Shown in pieces: positions 13,117 through 25,634 of a stretch of DNA of 64,000 nt; within the stretch, counting starts at the first letter, position 1, and every line of letters starts with the position of its first letter. The DNA lies in the NCBI RefSeq assembly GCF_009914755.1, contig NC_060936.1; one strand, given 5' to 3'. A program made the position numbers and the translations under genes. A model generated the notes under the pieces. The model was not told the origin of the DNA and ran no database searches. It saw only the letters and a program-made list of their open reading frames with translations. The stretch is from the human T2T-CHM13v2.0 reference genome, Homo sapiens.

Positions 13117-13631
13117 GTGAGACAGACTAAAGATAGGTGTAAGTTCTTTGACATTCCTTCCATTGAGAAATGTGATCTAGATCCCCTCCCATTGAATCAA
13201 GAGAGAAAGGTGATCTGCGATTGCTTTGACCAATAGAGTATGGTGGAAATGATGCTTCCACTTCTTGTCTTTGGGGATGCTCACTTTGGTGCAAGCCAAA
13301 CACCATATAAGGAGTCCAACTACCTGACACTGCCATGCTGTGAGGAAGCACAAGCCACATAGAGAGGCCCTCCAGGGACTCTGGGGGGATGAGATGCCAG
13401 GTGGAGAAAAAGAAGCTCATGTGAATGAAAAAGACATCTGAGAATTAAATCCCCCAACCCTAACTTAGTGAAGTTAGCGAATCCTCAGCTAAATCCATGT
13501 GTATAGTAGGTGAAATTCCCAGCTGTCTTTCTCACATTCTTAACCTACAAAATCACATGTAAGATAAAATGGTTGGTTTAAACCACTAAGTTCTGAGGTT
13601 GCTCATCATGCAGTAATAAGCAATTGGACCA
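13117..13631 (+). mobile_element. MLT1 (G/H-type) MaLR solo LTR
   Basis: TTGCTTTGACCAATAGAGTATGG, GCCATGCTGTGAGGAAG, TTTAAACCACTAAGTT..TCATGCAGTAATA. Confidence 0.8.
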
Positions 13632-13962
13632 AATTCAAGACCATTTAATGAGTCCTGGCCTCACCATTTATTAGCTCAGTGACCTTGCGTCTCAATATCT
13701 CACCTGTAAAATAAGGATAAAAACCCCAATTTTTAAAAAGGGAAAATTCAGGCAGAGAATGAGCTAGTAACTTGTTCAAGTCCACACGGGGAACAAGAAG
13801 CAGATCTGGAAAAAGCCCTCATCTGCTTGTTTCCAAAGCCTGGCTAATGTTTCTCCATTTATTCTTCATTCTCACTACCTTCAAAATCTAAGCCTCAGTT
13901 TTCCCATCTGTAGAACAGGGATGCTAAGAGTACCTTCCTTATGGGATTATTCTGTGTATAAA

Positions 13963-13999
<37 letters not shown>

Positions 14000-14060
14000 G
14001 CTTAGCCTAGTGCCTGACATAGAGTAAGCACCCGATAAACATTCATGATTATTACTATTT
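13632..14060. mobile_element. Cluster of three MIR fragments (+, -, +); the last contains a (CA)n at about 13963-13997
   Basis: GTGACCTTG..CTCACCTGTAAAAT; CAGGCAGAGAATGAG; GCCTCAGTTTTCCCATCTGTAGAA. Confidence 0.7.
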
Positions 14061-14689
14061 TCTTATCTCCCCTGCCGAGGCTGACAGTGAACATCAATCC
14101 CGTGCTGTCTCCTTTCTCCAGGTCTCTAACTTGCAGGAAACCTCATCAGGAGGGCATCTTTAACTGAATGAACAACCTAGAGCACTACTTTTTAATATTT
14201 GATGAATTCCTGAGGCTCTTGGAGAGCAATATGAGAAATATCATGTAAAAATCTATTAATGTTAATAAGATACCACCAAACAGGTTGGCCATTATCAGCA
14301 ATTAAAGTTTTCGAGCAGGTCAAATAACTTTTCAATGATTTGTGTAGCTTCCTTTTCTGCTCACCTTTTTTTTTTCATTTTAATGGAAATATGTACTATT
14401 TTTCTGTTTAAAGTCCTGGACCTTGGCCTGTCCTCCCTCCCAATTCTAACCAGTGGTTTCAAACACTAACTACGTGTTTATATTCTCTGCTCATCCATCA
14501 CAGATGTGAGAACTCCAAGCTCCAAATGATAGCTGAGAAATTCAAAGTTGGCTGCCAAAAAGGATAGCCTTTCAAAAGGAGCTCTCCCAGATTTTCTAGG
14601 CTTTTTATGGTCAGGGGAGGTGAGGGGAGAGTGAAGGAAGTTATCTCACCCCATCCTTTCCTGATGGGAGTAGAAAAGAGAATTCACAT

Positions 14690-14890
14690 TGCTGTGGTGG
14701 TCAATACACGCCACGTCCCATGCTACGCAGCTTCCCATATGTCTCTTATAATATCTTTACAGTAAAACAGAAGAGCTTTGCGGTCAGATTGAAAAATAGA
14801 GGCTCACAGAAGTGAAGCCAGTTCCCAAAGGTCGCACAGCTAGCCAGAGGTCAGGATTGGAACCGAGGGTTTTAAGATTCCAAAGCCTCC
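14690..14890 (-). mobile_element. MIR
   Basis: GAGGCTCACAGAAGTGAAG..AAGGTCGCACAGCTAG..GGATTGGAACC. Confidence 0.75.
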
Positions 14891-14954
14891 AATGGTCATT
14901 CATTTTGCTTACTCTTCTAGGGAGCTGGTCCCAGAGCAGAAACAACTGGTGATG

Positions 14955-15170
14955 AGATTTGGACTTCAGACAAGCCTAGATTTGAACCTCACTTCTGCTA
15001 CATATCAGCCATCTGGCCATCTGACTTCATCTCTCTGAGCCCGTTCCCTCATCTGAAAAACAAACATTGATGCCTAAGGGTGGTTATGAGAATTGAATAA
15101 AATAAAGTTTGTAAAGAACTTTGCAAATAGCCCCGTTGCACAGAGAGTGACTAAAACATAGTAGCTATGG
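14955..15170 (+). mobile_element. MIR
   Basis: TCAGACAAGCCTAGATTTGAACC, CTCTCTGAGCCCGTTCCCTCATCTG. Confidence 0.8.
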
Positions 15171-15529
15171 CACCCTGCTGACCTGCACACTTTCTTCCAG
15201 GTCTCCTCTCTTTCTTGGAAAGGAAGCCTATGTTTCTCAACCCCTTTCTGATGTCTATCACCTGGAAAATGACTGCTTACCTTTCATGGTCAAGCTAAGC
15301 CAAGTTATGTCTGGGATCTTGCAGAGCTAGGGGATGAGTCTCTTGGTTTTCCCAAGCCTCCAGCTGTAGTACTAGGCTCACACACGGTTGGCTATGGAAT
15401 GTACTTTGGTACACTCAAGCACTGACTTCCCTAACATCCACCAAATCCATCCATCCTTAGAACAGCACAACTAGAGCAGATCTCCTGGCCCATCTACTGT
15501 GGAGTCATTGGTTTAAGCAGCAGCAGAAG

Positions 15530-15723
15530 ACAGGCTATGAAATACACAGGAAACTTTAACCATTTTAGCCTGGTAGTGACATATGTCACTTCTGTTAATA
15601 TTTCTCTGGTTACAACCTGTCACTCAGCTTTTCTTAAATTCAAAGAGGCTGGGAAGTGTAGTCTCTCCTATTTGCTTAGGACAAAAAAGATAGCTAGCAC
15701 TGGTGATAGTAATGTCTGCCACA
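15530..15723 (-). mobile_element. MLT1J/K-type LTR fragment
   Basis: GTGACATATGTCACTTCTG..AAAGAGGCTGGGAAGTGTAGTCT. Confidence 0.55.
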
Positions 15724-15751
15724 GTGCCCAATTAATATTTGTTAATAAAAG

Positions 15752-15985
15752 ACTAATAATAGCAGATTTTTTAAGCTCTTCCTATGCCCCAGGTATTGTG
15801 CTAAATGGGTGATTTATTATTATCTCCTTTAATACTCACAGAAACCCTATGTGGTAGGCATGGTTATGATTCTCACTTTAGAGATGAGCAATTGGAGGCC
15901 CAGAGAAGTTAAGTCAATCACTCAAGTTCACGGTTCGAAGTAGAGGAGCTGGGCTTCAAGCCCAGTCCATTAGATCTCAGATAAC
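15752..15985 (-). mobile_element. MIR, near full length
   Basis: CCTATGCCCCAGGTATTGTGCTAA..TTTAGAGATGAG..GGCCCAGAGAAGTTAAGT. Confidence 0.85.
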
Positions 15986-16129
15986 ACCCTCCCAATAGTG
16001 AGTAGCCCATATTTATTGTGAGTGCTACTAGGAGGGCACATCAGCTACCCACTATAAAATAAGGCAGAATGTTGCAAGCCAAAACGAGGCCAGAGAAGCA
16101 ATGGTTAAGCAGAATGGAGTCAGTTTTTC

Positions 16130-16375
16130 CAAGGGCGGCAGGCGATCACAGGATCATTTTGGGGGAAGACATGGTCTTTGAATTGTATCTTGAAGGATAA
16201 GAAAGAGGTTGTCAAGCAGATGAATGACAGAAGTACATCTAGCCTGAGAATGCCTGCTCCATGAGGACAGGGGCACTGCCTTGTTCACCACTGTATCCTC
16301 AGTGCCTAGAATACTATCTGTCATATAGTGTATGCTCATTAAACACTTGCCCAGTGAAAGAACAAATGAAATGAA
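16130..16375. mobile_element. L2 fragments (- then + 3' end)
   Basis: TTTGAATTGTATCTTGAAGGAT; CTCCATGAGGACAGGG..TTGTTCACCACTGTATCCTCAGTGCCTAGAA. Confidence 0.75.
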
Positions 16376-17539
16376 CCATGATATAGCATAAGTTCTTCAG
16401 TGATCCCAGCAACAATTGTCAGCAAGAAAAGGGGAGACTGAATTATCTAAGAATGGGGCAAGTGAAGTATTCTTGGAAAGATGAAATTTGCAAGAACGCC
16501 TGTCTCGGATTCTGGGTATGCAGGTAGAGGCATTCATATTCTGGGCTGGTATCTTTCAGAGAAACTCGTAAGCTGGAAGAAAGCAAAGCAAGTCAGACAG
16601 GCCCTGGTGGTATCCAATTCTGAAGGTGCAGGGTTTGAGGAGCCCCCAGCTGTTTCTGATCACAACCAAGTTGTGTGTCTGCCCCATCAGCATCCTCCTG
16701 TTTGGGAGACAGGAACAGATGAACAAAATGTGGAGGATGGACATGAGCAAATGCCACATTTGCAGAGCAATTGCTGGAGGGTCACTGAGACAGGAGACTG
16801 GAATTTTATCTCAGTTAAATCCCATTGAGTTTTCCCAGATTAGAAAGAAGGCTTCATTTTCTTTGGAGGATTTGTTTTTTTAAGTTTGCCTTCTCTGTAC
16901 ATGATCTCTGTAATAATAAACAGTAATAAAAGTGGGGTGGTGGTGGTGGTGACTATCTCTCCTCCTCTTTCTTAACAAGGGAACTTTACAACATCCTTTT
17001 AAAATATGATCTGGTAGTTAGGTCACTGGTCTTTGAGATTCTTCCCAAGAAAATTAGTTGTTTTCATGTTGGCGTCTCGGTGCACAACCCTCTCTTGGCA
17101 GGTCTTTCACGGATGATGTAAAAGACAAGAAATGTGTCCAAAACCCAGGCACACCATCTTTAGAGCTTGAATTTTTAGACTCACAAACCCTTTATATCTG
17201 CAGCCTTTGCGTATCTGGTCCTCACTGAATCATGCCTAAGAGCCCGCCAACTGAACACTCACCTTTTGTTTAAGCTATTCTCTTTGCCAGAGAGTCTCCA
17301 TTTCTTCCTTGACATATGCTGCCTGTCCAAATTATTAGCAGCGTTTCATGTGTGACTTAGCTGCTATCTCTGCTGTAGTATAGAGCAGAGCACAAAATAG
17401 GTGCTCAACTAGGCTTTGGCTGAACTGAGGTTCAGGTGGCAGAACTGAAAACCTTGAAGACTAAGCTCTTTTCATTACTCCATGTTGCAAAGGACTAAAA
17501 GGGAGTAGAACAGAAGCTTGACGGGGGTCCTCTGGTGAT

Positions 17540-17900
17540 GTCAGCTAACACTGCTGAGTCCTAAATGCCAGGCACTGTCCCCAGTGCTTTGTATGGATCA
17601 GCTTATTTATTACAGCTTAGGGTGACATTCTGGGGTACGTGGGAAAATCCCAGCTTATCCTCCATGTCCCAGACCAATTCTTTACAGAGTTGCCATCCAC
17701 TCTCAAAATTCTCCTGGTTAACAAAACAAACTACACAGGCTCACTCAGTTTAATTGTCATGACGGCCCTGTGAGATAAGCGCTATGATGATCTTTGCTGT
17801 ACAAGTCAGGAGACTGGGATTCAGAGAAGTGCAGTGGCTCGCCTAAAGTCACACAGTAGTAAGAGGTAGAGCTTGGATGTAGACAGATCAGATTCTTATT
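17540..17900 (-). mobile_element. Split MIR
   Basis: ATGCCAGGCACTGT at about 17565; GGAGACTGGGATTCAGAGAAGT..AAAGTCACACAG. Confidence 0.6.
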
Positions 17901-18120
17901 ACTGAAGGTAGAATAAGAGGAAATACTCTTTACCACCCAGAGTTAAAGAAGAGAAGGTAATGTTAAAAAAAAAAACCTTGGAAACATTTGGGCCACGCAA
18001 CATACTTTATAGGTTAGGGTAAGATTTGGTCCACCCATATATTCATATAATATGTACTTACTGAGTGTTAGTGTGTACCAGGCTTGCAGTTGCTGGTGCA
18101 GAATCATGAATTAGACACAT

Positions 18121-18121
<1 letters not shown>

Positions 18122-18172
<51 letters not shown>
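18122..18172. repeat. (CA)n microsatellite, about 25 units
   Basis: Uninterrupted 51-bp CA run. Confidence 0.97.
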
Positions 18173-18174
<2 letters not shown>

Positions 18175-18279
18175 ATGCTTTCCGCCCACAGTGAGTATGA
18201 AGCCTGGTGGGGAAAACAGATGTGGAATTACACCAAACATTATAACCAGAGCTTTCTCCTATACTACACCCAGTTTACT

Positions 18280-18601
18280 CTAAAAGACAGGCCCAAACTG
18301 TCTGCTTTTTGACAAATCCAAGATATTGTGGAGCCTATGGAGTGATTTGGAAAACATAAAGAAAGAATTTTTGGCAACAGTAAAAATCACCCATATTTCT
18401 GATTTATCTTGGAAACAAAAATTGTGGGTGTGACAATATCTGGCCCCTCTTCGTCCATGGCAGAAATTAATTCAACGAAGTAGCAGTTCCCCTCTTTAAA
18501 TGAGAAATACACTCGAGAGTTCAGCAGAGGCCCCATCTGGGCTACATTAATCATTCATGTCACCTTGTTGGCTTCTAAAGGCATTTGAGTTTACAATTCT
18601 T
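18280..18601 (-). mobile_element. MER102 hAT-Charlie element
   Basis: Reverse strand begins GTAAACTCAAATGCC..AAGGTGACATGAATGA, matching the recalled MER102 5' end. Confidence 0.7.
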
Positions 18602-18769
18602 GCTTTACATATAGTTTCTTCCTTAAGTTTCCTTATGAGCTACTTTTAAATTTTTTTAAGGTTTTAAATATACCTATTTCCTGAGTTTTCTATTTATGTT
18701 CAACATGTTGAATTGTAGGAATTTCTTTTAGAAAAAAAAATAGCTTTCTGCATGCTACAACTGCCTTAG

Positions 18770-19540
18770 GTGATATCCAAGGTAGACGTCACTAATCAAT
18801 CATGACCCTCCTGCCCATTGAAGTGGCCACAATGTCTTCTCCACAGCTGTGGGCAGCCATTACTAATCAATCAGAATTGGCATATATGATGAAACTCATC
18901 TGCTTCTCTAAATTTTTATCTATTTAAATGCCTTAAATACTGAGGAGTATATTTTATTCTTCTTTACTTACACCCTATTTCTCAAGGTGGGTATCCTGGT
19001 AAGACTTTCCAAATGTGGTGGCTGGAATAAACTCTACCAGGCAGGCCTTATCTGAGCCCATGTGTCTGCCCACAGGGTTTACTGGGCTTCTGGAAAAGGA
19101 GCCAAGACTTCTGAAGGGAGGAGAAGGGAAGAACAAAACAGCTCCTGGAAAGAATGTTCCTCTCTCTTTTCTTTTTTTTTCTCTCCATCTTGCAAAAAGG
19201 TAGAAAGAACAATACCAGCCAGCCAAAAGCTCATTAATGCACTTGACCTTCCAAAAGAAAATTAATTCCAACTTCACACCTACCGGCTGTGCTGCTCGGC
19301 TTTGTCAAAACGTTGGCATCATTAGAGAGGAGATGACATGGCTTGAGGGGACAAAGAGTCTGCCACCTCCCCATGCTAGGCTGAGTTAGCAGGAGCTGGC
19401 AGGAAGCACGCAGAGGCGCCCGCCCTGTCAGCTTTTCACTGTGGATTAGGCTTCCTTCTGTTGGCTCTGGAAATTGTTATCACTGTCGAGCTGCCCCGAT
19501 GATTCTTACCAGGCTCCCTGACAGCACAAGCCTGCAGAGG
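18770..19540. promoter_or_regulatory. Candidate enhancer (apparently repeat-free, motif-dense)
   Basis: ACTAATCAATCA twice, palindrome CCACAGCTGTGG, TGACAG sites; function is inferred. Confidence 0.35.
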
Positions 19541-19581
19541 GGTAGCCTTCCTGGGGGCTTATGCTGGAAGGCTAGCAGACC

Positions 19582-20640
19582 GTGCGTGTGTGTGTGCATG
19601 TGTGTGTGTGCATCTGCATGTGCCTGTACGTCTGTGGGCGTGTGGGAGTATGTGTGTGTGAATTTGGGCATTTGTGACTGGGGAGTGTGTGTGTGTGTGT
19701 ACTAGTCAGGCTTCTCTAATGAGACAGAACTAATAGGATAGATGTATATATGAAGGGAGGTTTATTAGGAGAATTGACTCACACAATCACAAGGTGAGGT
19801 CCCACAATAAGCCATCTGCAAGCTGAGGAGCCAGGAAGCCAGTGTGAGTCCCAAAACCTCAAAAGTAGGGAAGCCGACAGTGCAGCCTTCAGTCTGTGGC
19901 TGAGGGCCTGAAAGCCCCTGGCAAACCACTGGTGTAAGTCCAAGAGTCCAAAAGCCGAAGAACTTGGAGTCTGAAGTTCAAGGTCAGGAAGTGTCCAGCA
20001 CAGGAGAAAGATGGAGGCCAGAAGACTCAGCCATTCTAATCCTTCCACGTTCCTCTGCCTGCTTTTATTCTAGCTCTGCTGGAGGCTTATTAGATGGTAC
20101 CCATTCAGATTGAGGGCAGGTCTGCCTCTCCCAATCCACCGACTCAACTGTTAATCTTCTTTGGCAACACTCTCACAGACACACCCAGGAACAATACATT
20201 GCATCCTTCAATCAAGTTGACACTCAATATTAACCATCACAGCGTGTGTATAGTGTGTCTATGTGTGAATATGAGCACGAGGTATGGTATGTATGAGGTC
20301 TCAGGCTGGGCCAGTGTGCGTATGTGCGTGCTTATGTACAGGTAAATGCTTTTGCACACATACATGTGCATTTTTGTATGGATGCGTGAGTGAGCTTGTA
20401 TGCATGTATGTGTGTATATATATTTGGGCAGAATGTACATGCCATCGTGTGCATTTATAGGTATGTGTGCTTTGCCAAGTACATACATGTGTGTAATCTA
20501 TGTAAGGTAACTCATGTGTATGCATGTTTAGGATGTTTGTGCTCATGTAAGTGTGTAATTGTAAATGTTTTGAGTCTGTGCACACATGAGTGTGTGTGAG
20601 TGTGTGTTGTTATGTGCGCATGTCCACACTCATGTATATG
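19582..20640. repeat. TG-rich low-complexity tract split by an MLT2A LTR
   Basis: Degenerate (TG)n/(TATG)n on both sides of the LTR. Confidence 0.85.
19698..20241 (-). mobile_element. MLT2A (MLT2A2-like, HERV-L) solo LTR
   Basis: TG...CA termini; ends CAAGTTGACACTCAATATTAACCATCACA; near 5-bp TSD GTGTG/GCGTG. Confidence 0.9.
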
Positions 20641-20966
20641 AGGTTGTTTACAGTGCTACTTTTGTCCTCCCCACAAAATCTCAGGGCATACTTGGCCACC
20701 AGCAAATCATAGACACCAAACTCCCATCCTTTTATTTAATGACCTTGATAGTTGATTATTTATAAATTATGGTAGTTATTATGACAAAATGCAGAACTTT
20801 TTGGACTTCTGGACTCTTATTATTTTGATTTTAAATGATTATTTTGAAGTTTATAAGACTTGGAGAGATCACTATCTTTTCATTGTTTGGGGCCTCTAAA
20901 TATCTCAATCCAGCCTTAATTTACATGTAGGCCATAATACATTGCACATGGAAGTGCATGTGTGTT

Positions 20967-21010
<44 letters not shown>
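20967..21010. repeat. Compound (TG)n(AG)n microsatellite
   Basis: Read directly. Confidence 0.95.
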
Positions 21011-21475
21011 CATATTTGTGTATTCAAATGAACAGTAAGTCCCTATATATGAGAGCAAAGGCAAGTAGTTCTCCATACACATTCTTGGCCAGGCTTTAGT
21101 TTAATGAAAAAATATACACAGAGCTTCATCTGGATCAAGTACCATTTTAGGTGCTGGGGAGAGAGATTTGAGAAAGCAGCTCCTGCTCTTGGAGAGGGTT
21201 CCTCATTTTTGCCAAATCTAAATATCTGATGCAGGTCTTCATGGCTCTGGGTGGAGATGGATTCTGATAACATGCTCAGGCTCAGGAAAAAGAGGCCACA
21301 TTTGATTAGTGATGTCTGCCACAGACACAGGATGTGGAGATTGCAGCAAGTATGTCATTTATTTGCCAGAGTCAGAATATCACGCCCCAAATGACTCTTT
21401 GTGGTCCTGTATTCAATTTCTTCACTTTATAGCTGGAGAAATTCTTGGTAGAAAAAGAAAGGAAGTTGTTTAAAG

Positions 21476-21650
21476 GAGGGCTGAGCCTAGAGTGAGGGAA
21501 GCAAGGAGCCTAGCATGCAAAATTTAAGGAGGCACTCACATTCAGGCCTGTGAAAATGCCAGCCCTTCACTTACACGACCCTGAGAATAAGCACCTCCTT
21601 AAATTTTGTGCCCTAAGCGTCTCATTTGTCTAATGTTAGTTCTGGCTCTG
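21476..21650. mobile_element. MER96 palindromic hAT MITE
   Basis: Perfect inverted arms CAAAATTTAAGGAGG (21518-21532) / CCTCCTTAAATTTTG (21594-21608); 8-bp TSD GTTTAAAG/GTTCAAAG. Confidence 0.85.
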
Positions 21651-22107
21651 GTTCAAAGTTATCTTTTCAAAAGTCACCACATACTCTATTAGGAAGAATC
21701 ACTGCCTCTTTACAGAAAGTTCAGTGCCTTTATTTGCTAACACTCATTTGGTTAAAAGTAATAGAAATCAACTGAAGCTTGAGAAAAATGGGACTGGAAT
21801 GTCTCATAGAACCACAGAGCAGATGTTAAGGTAGGGAAAAGAAAGGCCTAGAACTGGGACCCTGCGGAAATTTCTCTCTCCATCTCCTGCACTTGCTTCT
21901 TTCTTCTTTCTAGGCTGAAGGGCTTCCCTTGCTCCATCAGTTCCAAATTCTGAGTGTTTAGGAAAACTTACTTTTCTTACCTATAAGGTAAAACACTGTT
22001 TCTCACTTTCTGGCTGTCTTACCTCATAGGGCTTTAAAGAATAATGTATATAAACCCCTCAAGTGGCTGACAGGGAGTAAGTGCTCAATATATCTTGGCT
22101 ATCCTCA

Positions 22108-22655
22108 CTCTCATCACCATTATCATTATCATCACTACCATCATCATCATCATCACCACCACTACCATTACCACCATCATGACTATAATAAACATCATCA
22201 TCACCATCACCACAATCATCATTATATAATCATCATTACCATCACCACCATCATCACCATCAGCATCATCACCATCACTACCACCATCGTCATCACCATC
22301 AGCATCGTCACTGCCATAACCATCATCATTACCATCAGCATCGTCACTGCCATAACCATCATCATTACTATCAGCATCATTACCACCATAACCATCATCA
22401 TCACCACCATAACCATCATCATCACGATCAGCATCCTCACCATCACTATCACCACCATCATCACCATCAGCATCATCACCACCATAACCATCATCATCAC
22501 CATCAGCATCATCACCACCATATCCATCATCATCACTATCATCACCATTATCACCCATCACCATCACCATCAGCATCACCCTCATCATCGCTACTACCAC
22601 CACTACTACCACGATCATCACTATCATTATTACCACCATCCCCATCATCATCATT
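22108..22655. repeat. (CAT/CAC)n trinucleotide-derived tract containing a 36-bp higher-order unit
   Basis: ACCATCAGCATCGTCACTGCCATAACCATCATCATT repeated exactly at 22295 and 22331, with diverged copies after. Confidence 0.92.
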
Positions 22656-23376
22656 TCACATTCCTTGCTCATGTGGGCTTGGAAATATTGGGGAATACTC
22701 CCCCGTACTTCCATTTACCACATGGCATATTTCCAACTTTATGGAAACATTGACTTCCTCCTGCAATGCCCATCCCAAATTCCTTCGAAAGGCACTCTGA
22801 TTGGCATTAGAAACGGCTAATTATGATCTAATCAACTATGGCCATGTTGGGTACAGGTATTCAGGGAGGCTATTTCTAATAGAATGGTGCAGTGTAGTAA
22901 AGGGATGAACAAGGCATATACCCCCAAAGTGGCCTAAGTTCTTAAATATTCCTTGGTTTGGTTTTATTGGAACACAACCAAAGAGGGTGGAGAGTTCTTC
23001 TGTGCTATTTTGACCTGTTTTCAATTTATCCCCTCAACTGTTGAAGACCCTAAAAATGGTTCAATCTTCTCTACAATTGGGCTTTCCTGGTCCCAGGTTT
23101 TGAAGTTCAAGAAAAGCTGCAATTAGTTCACAGTTTGTTCTGATCTAGTAAATGCCACTGAGCCCACTGGACCCAGAATAGGTAGGTTTTGTGGTGCGTG
23201 GGTAGCAGGGGTGAGGAGACAGCAGGAACAGGAAAATTCTAAAACTTGGAGTAATTATGAATCATGATGGAGGTAGAGAGAAGAGAGACCTAAAATTCCA
23301 AGTAGAATAGGAGCCCAGAAAGGGAAGATAGCAGCAGAATATAGAAGGGAGTCTGGAGTATAGCACTATTGTCTAC

Positions 23377-23560
23377 TGGAGGAGGAGGAGAAGAAGGACA
23401 GGGAGGAGGAGGGGGAGGAAGAGGAGAAAGAGGAGGAGGAGGAAAAGAAGGAGGAGAGGAGGAAAGGAGAGCAAGGAGGGGAAGAAGAAGGGCAAGAAGG
23501 AGAAGGGAGAAGGGAAGGAGGAGGGGGAGGAAGGGAAGAAGAAAAAGGAGAAGGTGGAGA
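23377..23560. repeat. Polypurine (GGA/GAA) low-complexity tract
   Basis: About 180 bp almost entirely G/A. Confidence 0.9.
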
Positions 23561-23602
23561 TAAACAGGCAGTGGTAGTATTGGATGAAAAAGAATGAAAA
23601 TG

Positions 23603-23972
<370 letters not shown>

Positions 23973-24409
23973 CTAGCTCACACATCCTTCTGAAACTCGC
24001 CTTCTCTCCCTCATTATGCCCTAACCTACAATGCACACCTGCCCTCTACCCCACCCCCCAGCTTTCCCAGGACAAGAAGCAAAGAAAAGCGATTGGGATC
24101 CCCCAACAATAATTCCAGAGTTCTGGTTCAAAGGAGGGTGGTCAGGTTTGGAGAGCTCTGCCCTGAGGTAGAAAGGGGAGGTTGAGAGCAGCTGGTGAAT
24201 AATTGATCCGTGTGGCTGGGCGGAGGAAATTGCTGATCCCATATCACCAGGCCCTGGAGGTGGGGATGGGGCCCCCATGACACAGGATTGAAAAATACAT
24301 TAGCAGCTTTGCCTCTAGTACTGACATAAATATATCTGACTTCTCCCTTTATCCATGAAAGTCATGGAGATGATAATTAAACTAACTCCTGTGTATTCAA
24401 AAATTACCA

Positions 24410-25110
24410 AATTTCCAGGTGCTATGCCCAGCTTTTACCTATCTTTTAATTCTCATGTGAACACTATGAGGAAGTTATTTTTATTAAGTAGAATCTTATG
24501 AAATAGCAAATATTCAAAGTTTTTTAAAGTATGAAGCAGATAATCATATATAGTACTTACTACTATTAGGAGGAGGAGGAGGAGTTGAATCTCAGAGAGA
24601 TGAAATAACTTACTCAAAGTTACCTTTTTCTAGCATTAGGATAAACTCCTAACCATGATGGGAAGTTCATGTCTTCTGAATATTCATTACCTCCCCAGCC
24701 TCATTTTACAGGTACTTTCCTCTCTCATCTTCTCTGAGCCTCAGTTTCCTCACTTGTAAACTGAGGATGGTAACCATCCACTGAAGCTGACATTTATCGA
24801 GCATTTAGTATACAGCAGACACAGTGCTAAGCATTCAGCCCCTATCACCTAATTTTTTGCTCCTAGCCCCTCTCTGATATGGATGTTATTCCAAGCTTCA
24901 TTCTTCTAGGGTGTGAGGAGGTCTAATTCAGTGGAAACATGCACAGGTCTGAGCTCAGGTTCTGCACATAGCAGAAGTTAATGTTACTCTTATGATTGTA
25001 ATCCCTCTTGCATGAGCCACAGCCTCTGAACAGCAGGGCAGAGTGTAGCCTGTTACCAGGACTTAGCTCACCTTCCTCCTAGCCCATTGTGAATGCTTGT
25101 AAGTCAAGAA
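24410..25110. mobile_element. Cluster of MIR fragments (both strands) and an L2 3' end
   Basis: TCTCTGAGCCTCAGTTTCCTCACTTGTAAA at about 24731; CATTTATCGAGCA; CTCTGAACAGCAGGG. Confidence 0.65.
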
Positions 25111-25301
25111 GAGGTACCACATTCCCAGGAAATCAAAGGCAGGAAAGGAACTTAAGACTTTCTGATTTCTTATTATGGAACATCAAGACATATGTCTTGC
25201 TAATAGAAATGACTCTTTATGGTGAGCGTGATGAGCATGATGAGCTGTTATTCCACATCCTCTTCCTGAAGCATGTGAAGGACAGTGAAAGGAGGTGACT
25301 A

Positions 25302-25634
<333 letters not shown>

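Noticed and set aside
14100-14125. Strong-looking splice acceptor (CTCCTTTCTCCAG)
   Set aside because: No convincing partner donor or reading frame; expected by chance
22085-22714. 209-aa minus-strand ORF with an Asp/Gly repeat
   Set aside because: Lies almost wholly in a CAT/CAC triplet tract where stop-free frames are expected; an overlapping frame is also open; no promoter, splice or homology support
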